From: Deltaproteobacteria bacterium
GTDB lineage: Bacteria > Desulfobacterota > Deferrimicrobia > Deferrimicrobiales > Deferrimicrobiaceae
DNA: 44,762 nt
Assembly: GCA_003105225.1 (NCBI GenBank)
Contig: PQAK01000147.1
Span: 1-44,762 of the forward strand
Direction of reading: 5' to 3'
The stretch's first letter is position 1; the number at the start of each line of letters is the position of its first letter. The notes below the pieces were generated by a model. It saw only the letters and a list, made by a program, of their open reading frames with translations, was not told the DNA's origin and did not search any database. A program made the position numbers and the translations under genes. Below are positions 35,901 through 43,083 of this stretch, in pieces.

Positions 35901-36806
35901 ATGAACCTGCATAACCTGCGAACCTTCCTGGCGGTACGGAAGCACCTGAATTACACGCGGGCGGCCGAGGAGGTATGCCTCACCCAGCCGGCGGTCTCGC
36001 GGCAGGTGCGTCAGCTCGAGGAGGAGCTCGGCGTCCGGCTCTTCGAGCAGATCGGAAAATCGCTGCATATGACGGACGCCGGGGAGACGCTTGCCGCCGA
36101 GGCGGAAAAGCTGCTGGGAGCGATGGAAAGGACCGCCGAGGCGGTTCGTTCCCATCGTTCCGCCGAACGCGGCTCCATACGTATCGGAGCCAGCACGACC
36201 CCGGGATTCTACCTGCTTCCGGACCTTCTCGGCAGTTTCCACCATCGCTTTCCGAAGGTGGCCCTCCATTACATTGTGGAAAACTCCCTTCGGATCGAGC
36301 AGGCGCTCGTCCGGAACGAACTCGACCTGGGCTTCGTCGGCGCTCACTTGGCAAACGAAAATCTTGTACTCAGACCGTTATTGGAGGATGAGATCGTCTG
36401 CTTCACCAGCCCGTCGCATCGCCTTGCGAAAGCACGTAACATCTCCCCGGGTTCGCTCGGAGAAGAGTTGTGGATCCTCCGCGAGAAAGGCTCTGCGACC
36501 CGGCGGCTTTTCGAGGAGTGGCTGTCCTCCCGGGAGGGGACCATGCGGAATGCCATCGAGCTTACCTGCCCCGAGACGTGCAAGGCGCTGGTCAAGGCCG
36601 GTATCGGAATCTCCTTCATTTCGATCCATGGACTCCGTTCCGAGATCCGGGCAAGGCGTCTCGTGAGGCTCCCGGTGAGGGGGATGTCGCTGAAGCGACC
36701 GATTTTCCTCGCCAGGCACTCCGAAAAACGCATTTCCCCGGTGATGCAGAGCTTCCTTGAAATTGTGGAGAGCGGACTGCCGAAGTTGACATTGCCGAGA
36801 GACTGA
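35901..36806 (+). CDS. LysR-family transcriptional regulator, divergent from selD
   Basis: MNLHNLRTFLAVRKHLNYTRAAEEVCLTQPAVSRQVRQLEEELGVRLF (LysR HTH) plus a substrate-binding domain. Confidence 0.85.
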   Translation: MNLHNLRTFLAVRKHLNYTRAAEEVCLTQPAVSRQVRQLEEELGVRLFEQIGKSLHMTDAGETLAAEAEKLLGAMERTAEAVRSHRSAERGSIRIGASTTPGFYLLPDLLGSFHHRFPKVALHYIVENSLRIEQALVRNELDLGFVGAHLANENLVLRPLLEDEIVCFTSPSHRLAKARNISPGSLGEELWILREKGSATRRLFEEWLSSREGTMRNAIELTCPETCKALVKAGIGISFISIHGLRSEIRARRLVRLPVRGMSLKRPIFLARHSEKRISPVMQSFLEIVESGLPKLTLPRD

Positions 36807-36981
36807 CGCCACCGAGGATTCGTCGATCCCCCGGAACTCATCCTTCACGGTCGAAATCGTAACCGGTAGGCGAAACCAACGGAGATACGCTTCATCTCAA
36901 TACATAGTCGATTCGCTTGCGAAAACAACCGGTTGTCGTTTAAAACAAAGAAGGATAACCCGCTGCGATCTGGGGCGCGGA

Positions 36982-37485
36982 ATGGAGCCGAAAATGAAGA
37001 GCATGGGATTTGCTCGCACTGGAATTCTCCTATCGGTCATGTTCCTCATAAGCCTTATCGTCCCGAACTCCCCGCTCGCGGAGGAAAAACCGAAACCGTC
37101 TTTATACCAGCGGCTCGGAGGGGTGTACAACATCGCACCCGTTGTCGACGAGTTCCTGGAAGTCCTTTATGTCGACGACGTCCTGAACGCAAACCCAAGG
37201 ATCAAGGAAGCCAGGGATCGGGTCCCCAAAGCCTATCTCAAATACCACGTCACTTCCATGGTTTGCCAGGCCTCCGGCGGACCGGAGAAATACACCGGGC
37301 GGGGGATGAAGGAATCGCACCAGCATCTCAACATTACGGAAAATGAATGGCAGGCAATGCGGGTCGATTTCAAGAAGGTCCTGGACAAGTTCAAGGTCCC
37401 CGAGCAGGAGCAGAAAGAACTCATCGCGATCGTAGAGAGCACGAAAAAGGACATCGTTCTTGTTTCAGCAGAAATGAAGAAATAG
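36982..37485 (+). CDS. Group-I truncated hemoglobin-like protein with an N-terminal signal peptide
   Basis: SLYQRLGGVYNIAPVVDEFLEVL, YLKYHVTSMVCQASGGPEKYTGRGMKESHQHLNITENEW: trHb (2-on-2 globin) hallmarks, including the proximal His context. Preceded by MKSMGFARTGILLSVMFLISLIVPNSPLA. Confidence 0.7.
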   Translation: MEPKMKSMGFARTGILLSVMFLISLIVPNSPLAEEKPKPSLYQRLGGVYNIAPVVDEFLEVLYVDDVLNANPRIKEARDRVPKAYLKYHVTSMVCQASGGPEKYTGRGMKESHQHLNITENEWQAMRVDFKKVLDKFKVPEQEQKELIAIVESTKKDIVLVSAEMKK

Positions 37486-37489
37486 CCGC

Positions 37490-37514
37490 CTAAGCAACGG
37501 GTCCGGGGTTCGAG
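37490..37514 (+). repeat. Direct repeat of the tRNA-Arg(UCU) anticodon-loop-to-T-loop segment (att-like)
   Basis: CTAAGCAACGGGTCCGGGGTTCGAG versus 30757-30781 CTAAGCAGCGGGTCCGGGGTTCGAG (24 of 25), same orientation, 6.7 kb downstream of the tRNA. Confidence 0.65.
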
Positions 37515-37538
37515 GAAGTGCGCTACCCAACGGCCACG

Positions 37539-38666
37539 TCAAGGTGCGGGGGGAGAGGTCTTGAGCGCCTCGATAACCTCCTCCAACTCTTCCCATGATG
37601 TTTGCCGCCCCAAACTGAACCGGACGGCTCCCATTCCCTCCTCGGGGGGGACCCCCATGGCCGCCAGGACGGGAGAAAGCGTGACCGAGCCGGCATGGCA
37701 GGCCGATCCGGTCGATGCGGCAACCCCTGGAAGCCTTGCGAGAACCTCCGCGCCGACCCGGCCGACGAAGTTGACGTTAAGGGTATTGGGGAGACGTTCC
37801 GCCGGGTGACCGTTGAGCGTCACCCGGCCGCCGTAAATAGCCTTGAGCCCCTCCCAGAAACGGTCGCGCAGGATTTTGACCTGCGTCATCCCTATCCACT
37901 TCCGCGCCGTCTCGCATGCCGCGCCGAGCGCCACGGCCAAGAGGACATTCTCCGTTCCGGCGCGCCGGCCAGCTTCATGTCCCGCCCCGTGGACGAACGG
38001 CTCGATCCTTGTCCCTTCCCGGATGTAGAGCGCCCCGATCCCCTTCGGCGCGTAAACCTTGTGCCCGGCGACCGAGAGGAGGTCCACGCCCAGTTCCTCG
38101 ACGTCGGCGGAGAGTTTCCCCACCGTCTGGGCCGCGTCCGTATGGAACGGAATCCCCGCCTCACGTGCAATGGCAGCGATCTCCGGAATCGGCTCGATCG
38201 TTCCGATCTCGTTATTGGCATGCATCACGGTGATGAGTATCGTCCTCGAGGTTATCGCTTTTCGGACACCTTCCGGGTCCACCCTTCCGGACCGGTCGAC
38301 CGGCAATACGGTTACCCTCGCCCCCAGCGTCTCCAGGAACCGGCATGGGTTCATCGTGGCGGGATGCTCCACCGCGGTAGTGATGATGTGGTCTCCACGA
38401 TCCCGGTTCGCGAAGAAGACGCCTTTGATCGCATGGTTGTTCGACTCGCTGCCTCCGCTGGTGAAGACGATCTCGGTCGGGTCGCACCCCAACAGCCCTG
38501 CCACCCGCCCCCGCGCCCGCTCCACGGCGTCTTTCGCTCCCGCGCCAGCCCAATGGAGACTCGACGGATTTCCGTAATGATCGGTCAGGAACGGCCGCAT
38601 CGCCTCGACGGCCTCGGGGCAGATCGGCGTGCTCGCGTTGAAATCGAGGTAAATGCGTCGACTCAC
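37539..38666 (-). CDS. Class V aminotransferase: NifS/IscS-like cysteine desulfurase (possible selenocysteine lyase)
   Basis: GTG start chosen at VSRRIYLDFNASTP. GNPSSLHWAG, TSGGSESNN, SVAGHKVYAPKGIGALY (PLP Lys), STGSACHAGS (active-site Cys loop). Confidence 0.85.
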   Translation of the reverse strand: MSRRIYLDFNASTPICPEAVEAMRPFLTDHYGNPSSLHWAGAGAKDAVERARGRVAGLLGCDPTEIVFTSGGSESNNHAIKGVFFANRDRGDHIITTAVEHPATMNPCRFLETLGARVTVLPVDRSGRVDPEGVRKAITSRTILITVMHANNEIGTIEPIPEIAAIAREAGIPFHTDAAQTVGKLSADVEELGVDLLSVAGHKVYAPKGIGALYIREGTRIEPFVHGAGHEAGRRAGTENVLLAVALGAACETARKWIGMTQVKILRDRFWEGLKAIYGGRVTLNGHPAERLPNTLNVNFVGRVGAEVLARLPGVAASTGSACHAGSVTLSPVLAAMGVPPEEGMGAVRFSLGRQTSWEELEEVIEALKTSPPAP

Positions 38667-38733
38667 GGCATTGCCCCTTTCTTCCCCGGCGTTTCGGTCT
38701 TCCGCAAAGCGGCGACGAGGCCGGTAACGGGCG

Positions 38734-39579
38734 TCAACGTCCCCGCTGATGCGATGGACCTTTTCTTCGACGGATATTTTCACCTGCGTGTTCCAATGCC
38801 GCCTCGAGAGCCGCGGAACACACGGAAAGGGAATCCCTTATCCCCGTGTCGCCGCCTTTTTCGAAGTCCCCCGGCCGCGTCGCCATCGAGTTCGTGATGT
38901 GCGCCAGGCAAGCCACCGGCTTGTCGAGCGCTTTCCCGAGTGCCAGCAGGGCGGCAGCCTCCATCTCCACGGAAACGATCCCCTCCATTCGCCGCGAGGC
39001 GATCAGGCGTTCCGTCTCCCGGAAGGGGGCGTCGGTGGTCCATGACGCGCCCACCAGGACGGGAACGGACATGCCGCCCAGTCGTTTCCGGACTGTGGAG
39101 ACAAGCAAGGGATCGGCCTCGGCATATCGACCGGGCGGAAGGTAATGATGGCTCGTTCCCTCGTCGCGCAAGGCTTTCTCTATGAGGAGAAAGATCGGCG
39201 GAGTGATGTGATCCGCCACAAGCCCCGCGGAAGAGACGCTGACGATCGCCTTGCAGCCGGAGGCAAACAATTCCTCGGCCACGAGAACCGCATAGGACGC
39301 CCCGATGGTGCCGCCGATCACGCCGAATTCACGCCGCTCGTCCCTCCAACGGAACAAACGCGTGTGAAAGCAGGGCCATGCCGGATCCTCCGCAGCTTTT
39401 CCCGCGGCGGCAAGGTGCTCGACCAGTTCGCCGTCGAAGTCCAGGAGGCAGCCGGCCGGTACGAGCCCCCTGGGCAGCCCCTTTTTGATCCTGGCAGCCG
39501 CCAGGAGGTTGGCCGGCGTGAAGACGGCCGTTTCCGCCGTTTCGTGCTCCAGGAGGGGAATCCGGGGGGCTTCAGCCAC
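38734..39579 (-). CDS. PNP/UDP-1 family nucleoside phosphorylase / nucleosidase-like protein
   Basis: GVIGGTIGASYAVLVAEEL, SVSSAGLV, VSVEMEAAALLALG: phosphorylase-superfamily core motifs. Confidence 0.65.
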   Translation of the reverse strand: MAEAPRIPLLEHETAETAVFTPANLLAAARIKKGLPRGLVPAGCLLDFDGELVEHLAAAGKAAEDPAWPCFHTRLFRWRDERREFGVIGGTIGASYAVLVAEELFASGCKAIVSVSSAGLVADHITPPIFLLIEKALRDEGTSHHYLPPGRYAEADPLLVSTVRKRLGGMSVPVLVGASWTTDAPFRETERLIASRRMEGIVSVEMEAAALLALGKALDKPVACLAHITNSMATRPGDFEKGGDTGIRDSLSVCSAALEAALEHAGENIRRRKGPSHQRGR

Positions 39580-39928
39580 GGGACGCCACCTTCTCCCTCT
39601 CGGCCTTTCCCTTTTCCCGGTCGATCTGCTCCTTCGTCTTCCGGAGGACCGGATGGTCTGCCGACAGGAGGGCCAGCACCCCTTCGACCAGCTTCGGCCG
39701 GCTGATGTAGTAGCATCTCAGCGCCCCCTCCTGGGCGAAGTCCACGAGCCGTGCGTTCCGAAGGACCGTCAGGTGCTGGGAAATGTTCACCTGGGTAACG
39801 GGCAGGATCTCCTCCATGTCCGTCACGCACCGGGTCCCCTTGCGCAGCTCGCCGAGGATCTGGAGGCGCGTCGGGTGCGCAAAGGCTTTAAGGAGTTCCG
39901 CCCATTCGTACGCGCGGTCGCCGTCCAT
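39572..39928 (-). CDS. ArsR/SmtB-family metalloregulator
   Basis: LLKAFAHPTRLQILGELRKGTRCVTDMEEILPVTQVNISQHLTVLRNARLV. 8-nt overlap with the downstream gene. Confidence 0.85.
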   Translation of the reverse strand: MDGDRAYEWAELLKAFAHPTRLQILGELRKGTRCVTDMEEILPVTQVNISQHLTVLRNARLVDFAQEGALRCYYISRPKLVEGVLALLSADHPVLRKTKEQIDREKGKAEREKVASRG

Positions 39929-40181
39929 ATTCCCTCCCGTTTATCATTTAGAACATTCTAATATTAGATAGGAAGGATTTCCAACCAGGGCGGCATCGGC
40001 ATGCCCGTTCGAAACCGTTCCCGGGCGGGAAGAGTCGGGCCGGCGATGGATGTCGGCAACATATCACGAGCGACCTTATCTATTAAGCTGGGGAGACCGA
40101 GGCGGAGCGGCGTGAGGCCGATGCCTTTAAAAACGGCGATCCCATTCGGTTCGCGCCTGGTTCCCATTCCGTCGCCCCATC

Positions 40182-40214
40182 TTGACATTTCCGGCAATTT
40201 CTGCCCAATATAAA
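40182..40214 (+). promoter_or_regulatory. Candidate sigma70 promoter (perfect -35, ambiguous -10)
   Basis: TTGACA at 40182-40187. A-T-rich CCAATATAAA at 40205-40214 offers -10 options at 18-21 nt spacing, none ideal. Confidence 0.3.
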
Positions 40215-40247
40215 CTGGCAAAATGTTTAGATATCCCAGTAGTTTAC

Positions 40248-40292
40248 GCTCCTTCTAAGGAGCGAGCCGGTTCGAATCTCTCCAGGCGCGCC
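40248..40292 (+). pseudogene. tRNA-Arg(UCU)-like 3' half, a second att-like remnant lacking the 5' acceptor and D arm
   Basis: GCTCC-TTCTAAG-GAGC...GGTTCGAATCTCTCCAGGCGCGCC aligns with 30749-30797 of the intact tRNA. The anticodon stem shows a compensatory G:C to C:G swap. The T-stem is disrupted and no 5' half is present. Confidence 0.5.
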
Positions 40293-40323
40293 GGAAACTC
40301 CAATGATCGATCGAGGGAAAGAC

Positions 40324-40722
40324 ATGCAGAATCGAATCGTTGTTCGATACCAGGACGGGCGGCTCCTGAAAGGAATCACGACCGATTTCATCGCGGGCAA
40401 GGAGGCGTTCCACGTCACGGAGACCGCATCCCCGTCGGCCAAACCCGTCGAGGTCCAGGTTTCGAAGCTCAAGGCGGTCTTCTTTGTCAAGGACCTGTTG
40501 GGCAACGCCCATCACAAGGAACGGTTGGACTTCGATCCCTCCAAGCCGGCCCCGGGACGGAAGATCTTTGTCCAATTCAAGGACGGAGAGCGGATCGTGG
40601 GATTGACGCAAGGCTACAAGCCGGGCCGCGACGGATTCTTCCTGGTGCCCGCCGATCCCCTCTCGAACAACGAGCGGATCTATGTCGTCACCTCCTCCAC
40701 GCAGGAAATCAAGTTCCTGTAA
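40324..40722 (+). CDS. Hypothetical protein with an internal duplication of a beta-rich module
   Basis: IVVRYQDGRLLKGITTDFIAGKEAFHV versus IFVQFKDGERIVGLTQGYKPGRDGFFLVP. Alternative start at 40303. Confidence 0.55.
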   Translation: MQNRIVVRYQDGRLLKGITTDFIAGKEAFHVTETASPSAKPVEVQVSKLKAVFFVKDLLGNAHHKERLDFDPSKPAPGRKIFVQFKDGERIVGLTQGYKPGRDGFFLVPADPLSNNERIYVVTSSTQEIKFL

Positions 40723-40750
40723 TTCCCGGATCCGCCGTGCGGCGAACCGG

Positions 40751-40921
40751 CTTAGTGTTCCAGTTCATAAATACGGTGACGCACCGAGAGCGTCGATGCG
40801 CCGCATCCGGCAAGGCGCGCGACTGAGGCGTACTGTGAAGTACGGCGCAAGGAGCGCAACGCAGCCGGGGCGGATGCAGCGGCGCTCGAATGCAACCGTA
40901 TTTATGAATTGGAGCACTTAG
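40751..40921. repeat. Foldback element C: a 171-nt symmetric imperfect hairpin whose core is homologous to element A in the opposite orientation
   Basis: Outer arms CTTAGTGTTCCAGTTCATAAATACGGT / ACCGTATTTATGAATTGGAGCACTTAG (27 positions: 24 WC, 2 G.U on the plus strand, 1 mismatch). Apex CGTACT-GTGA-AGTACG, centred at 40836. Confidence 0.6.
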
Positions 40922-40977
40922 GCGACGGCTTGCGCCTCCACGTCGCGAAACCTGAAACGAATCCCCACGAGAGGTCG

Positions 40978-41313
40978 ATGATGGAACATCTGGAGATCCT
41001 GCGGCTGCTGGAATACTCCCCCGCGAGACAAACGAGGAAAAAGCTGATCGCGTCGGAAAACCTGGTTGCCGAACTGGTTTGTTACGAACCGGGGCAGGCG
41101 ACCGCTCCCCACCTTCACCCCCGCCAGGACGAGATCTTCCACGTCATCGAAGGTGGGGGCACCATCCTGGTGGACGAGGCGGAGGTACCGGTGGCGGCCG
41201 GCAGCGTCGTTTTCGTGCCGGCGGGATCGCGCCACGGCATCCGGGCCGACGCCGGAATCCGGCTGGCGCTGATGTTCATTAAAGGACCGGGGGCTGCTGC
41301 CCATCCCCGCTGA
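40978..41313 (+). CDS. Cupin-domain protein
   Basis: PHLHPRQDEIFHVIEGGGTILVDEAEVPVAAGSVVFVPAGSRHGIRA matches cupin motifs 1 and 2. Start MMEHLEIL after GAGAGG. Confidence 0.75.
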   Translation: MMEHLEILRLLEYSPARQTRKKLIASENLVAELVCYEPGQATAPHLHPRQDEIFHVIEGGGTILVDEAEVPVAAGSVVFVPAGSRHGIRADAGIRLALMFIKGPGAAAHPR

Positions 41314-41394
41314 ACGGATTTCTCCTTCCGGTTCCCCGGTCTCCATCCGCCATCCCGATGGTGCAACCGCGCGCTCGCGCTCCCGGGAGCGTGC

Positions 41395-42393
41395 CTATCG
41401 TCCCGCGGGATAGGGAGCTTGCCCGCTCTGCACCTGCCGCCGCTGCTGCCGGTACAGCTCCAGAGGGCGGCTCCCCGGAAATCTTGCGTGCGTCTCCTCG
41501 ATCACCGCATCCGCCTCCGCGAACCGGTGCTGCCGGTCGAGCAGCTCCGCCAGGAACACCAGCCCGCTCTCCTGTGCCTCGGGAGCGTCATTCCGGGAAA
41601 GACATGCCCGCTGCGCGGCTTCCGCATCCTTGAACCGTTCCCGCGCGGCCAGGGACCGGGCTTCCCCGCACCCCGAAGGAGGCAGGCGCACCCCTGCGCC
41701 TTCCCTCGCCTTCGCAGCCTCCGACTCTCTTTTCATCGATGCCGCCGTCTCCGGCGCCGCCGGGACCGCAGCCTTCCCGCCGGACTCCCCGCTCGTCATC
41801 GCCCCGGGAGCCGGAATTTTCCTTGACGCCTCCTGCGGCGGCGCGGGCGCCTCCCGGAGCGCACCCTGCGGCCGGGCGCCGTCGGCAACCGCCTTTTCCT
41901 CCGCGGCACGGGGAACCGCTGCCGGCGCGGCGTTTTCCTTCCTGGAGCGCGCTGCGGGGGCCGGGACCGCCGGGGATGGGGGAACACGGGGCGCCTCCAT
42001 CGCGGGAGGCGCAACGCTCGGCGCCGGGACCCCCGGCCCCCGGCCGATCGTGCGGAAGACCACGACGAGCAACACGGCGGCGGCCGCCGCCGGAACCAGG
42101 TAGCGGAGCTGGTGGCGCACCCATCCCCGTTTCGGGCGGGGCGACACGCCCGCGAGCGGACGACCCCCCTCCCCCGCGATACGTTCCTCCACCCGGGAAT
42201 TGAATCGATCCCAGTATTCCGGCCCCGGATCCGGGACCTCGGCGGCGGCATCGATCCGGGCGATCGATTCGAGGAGCGCGGCGCAATCCGGGCAGCCTCG
42301 CAGATGCGCTTCCACGCGCGCGCGGCCGGCAGCGGACAGTTCCCCGTCGTGATACGCGGAAATCATCTCCTGCGCCTTGCGGCAATCCATCAC
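41395..42393 (-). CDS. Anti-sigma factor (zf-HC2 N-terminal domain, single TM, Ala/Pro-rich linker, C-terminal TPR-like region)
   Basis: MMDCRKAQEMISAYHDGELSAAGRARVEAHLRGCPDCAALLES (HxxxCxxC). TM segment YLVPAAAAAVLLVVVF. Confidence 0.75.
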   Translation of the reverse strand: MMDCRKAQEMISAYHDGELSAAGRARVEAHLRGCPDCAALLESIARIDAAAEVPDPGPEYWDRFNSRVEERIAGEGGRPLAGVSPRPKRGWVRHQLRYLVPAAAAAVLLVVVFRTIGRGPGVPAPSVAPPAMEAPRVPPSPAVPAPAARSRKENAAPAAVPRAAEEKAVADGARPQGALREAPAPPQEASRKIPAPGAMTSGESGGKAAVPAAPETAASMKRESEAAKAREGAGVRLPPSGCGEARSLAARERFKDAEAAQRACLSRNDAPEAQESGLVFLAELLDRQHRFAEADAVIEETHARFPGSRPLELYRQQRRQVQSGQAPYPAGR

Positions 42394-42402
42394 CTTCTCC
42401 CC

Positions 42403-42963
42403 CTACGCCCGCGCATTCAACGCGGCGAGCAGCGATCGCCTTGCGCGGAAGAGGCGGGACATCACCGTCCCCGCCGGGATTCCCACGGTCTCCGCGATCT
42501 CGGCGTACGACAGCCCCTCCACCGCCCGCAGCACCATGACGGTCCGAAGTTCCGTGGGAAGGTCCGCCATCGCCGCGGCCACGCGCCGTTTCTCCTCGCC
42601 TCCCGAAGCCGCATCCTCGGGGCCGTCCGCCGGATCGGCCGGATCGGGCAGCTCCTCCCCCGAGACCTTCGGCACGCCCGCCTCCCCGTCCCGCCGCACC
42701 GACCGCCCGCAATTCCAGGCGATCTTCCGGAGCCAGGGGCCGAACGGGCGTTCCGGATCGTAGGACGGGAGGGCGCGGTACACCCGCAGGAACGTCTCCT
42801 GCGCCGCGTCGTCGGCGTCCGCGGGATTCCCGGTCGCCGACCAGCAGAGCCGGTAGACCGCCCGCCGATGGCGCGTCACCAGGGTCTCGAACGCGCGCCG
42901 GTCCCCTCCCGCCGCCAAGGCCGCCAGTTTTTCGTCCCGCTCTTCCCCGAGGTCGGATTCCAT
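42403..42963 (-). CDS. ECF (group IV) RNA polymerase sigma-70 factor
   Basis: Region 2 FETLVTRHRRAVYRLCW...AQETFLRVYRAL. Region 4 LRAVEGLSYAEIAETVGIPAGTVMSRLFRARRSL. Confidence 0.9.
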   Translation of the reverse strand: MESDLGEERDEKLAALAAGGDRRAFETLVTRHRRAVYRLCWSATGNPADADDAAQETFLRVYRALPSYDPERPFGPWLRKIAWNCGRSVRRDGEAGVPKVSGEELPDPADPADGPEDAASGGEEKRRVAAAMADLPTELRTVMVLRAVEGLSYAEIAETVGIPAGTVMSRLFRARRSLLAALNARA

Positions 42964-43083
42964 TTCCTACCTTCTATACCACAGGAACCCCGGAATTATT
43001 CCCGCCGGGGAATAAAAGGGCGCCCGGGCGGGTATTGCAGGTAACGATTCAACGATTCGACCTGAACGAAAAGGAGAAACGCC

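Noticed and set aside
39964-40221. Overlapping small ORFs 39964..40221(-) and 40001..40213(+) in the 320-bp spacer after arsR.
   Set aside because: They occupy the same DNA on opposite strands, have no SD or motifs, and have Arg/Pro/Gly-rich composition. The region more likely holds the arsR operon promoter/operator (TAGAACATTCTA near 39949) and decayed island-junction DNA.
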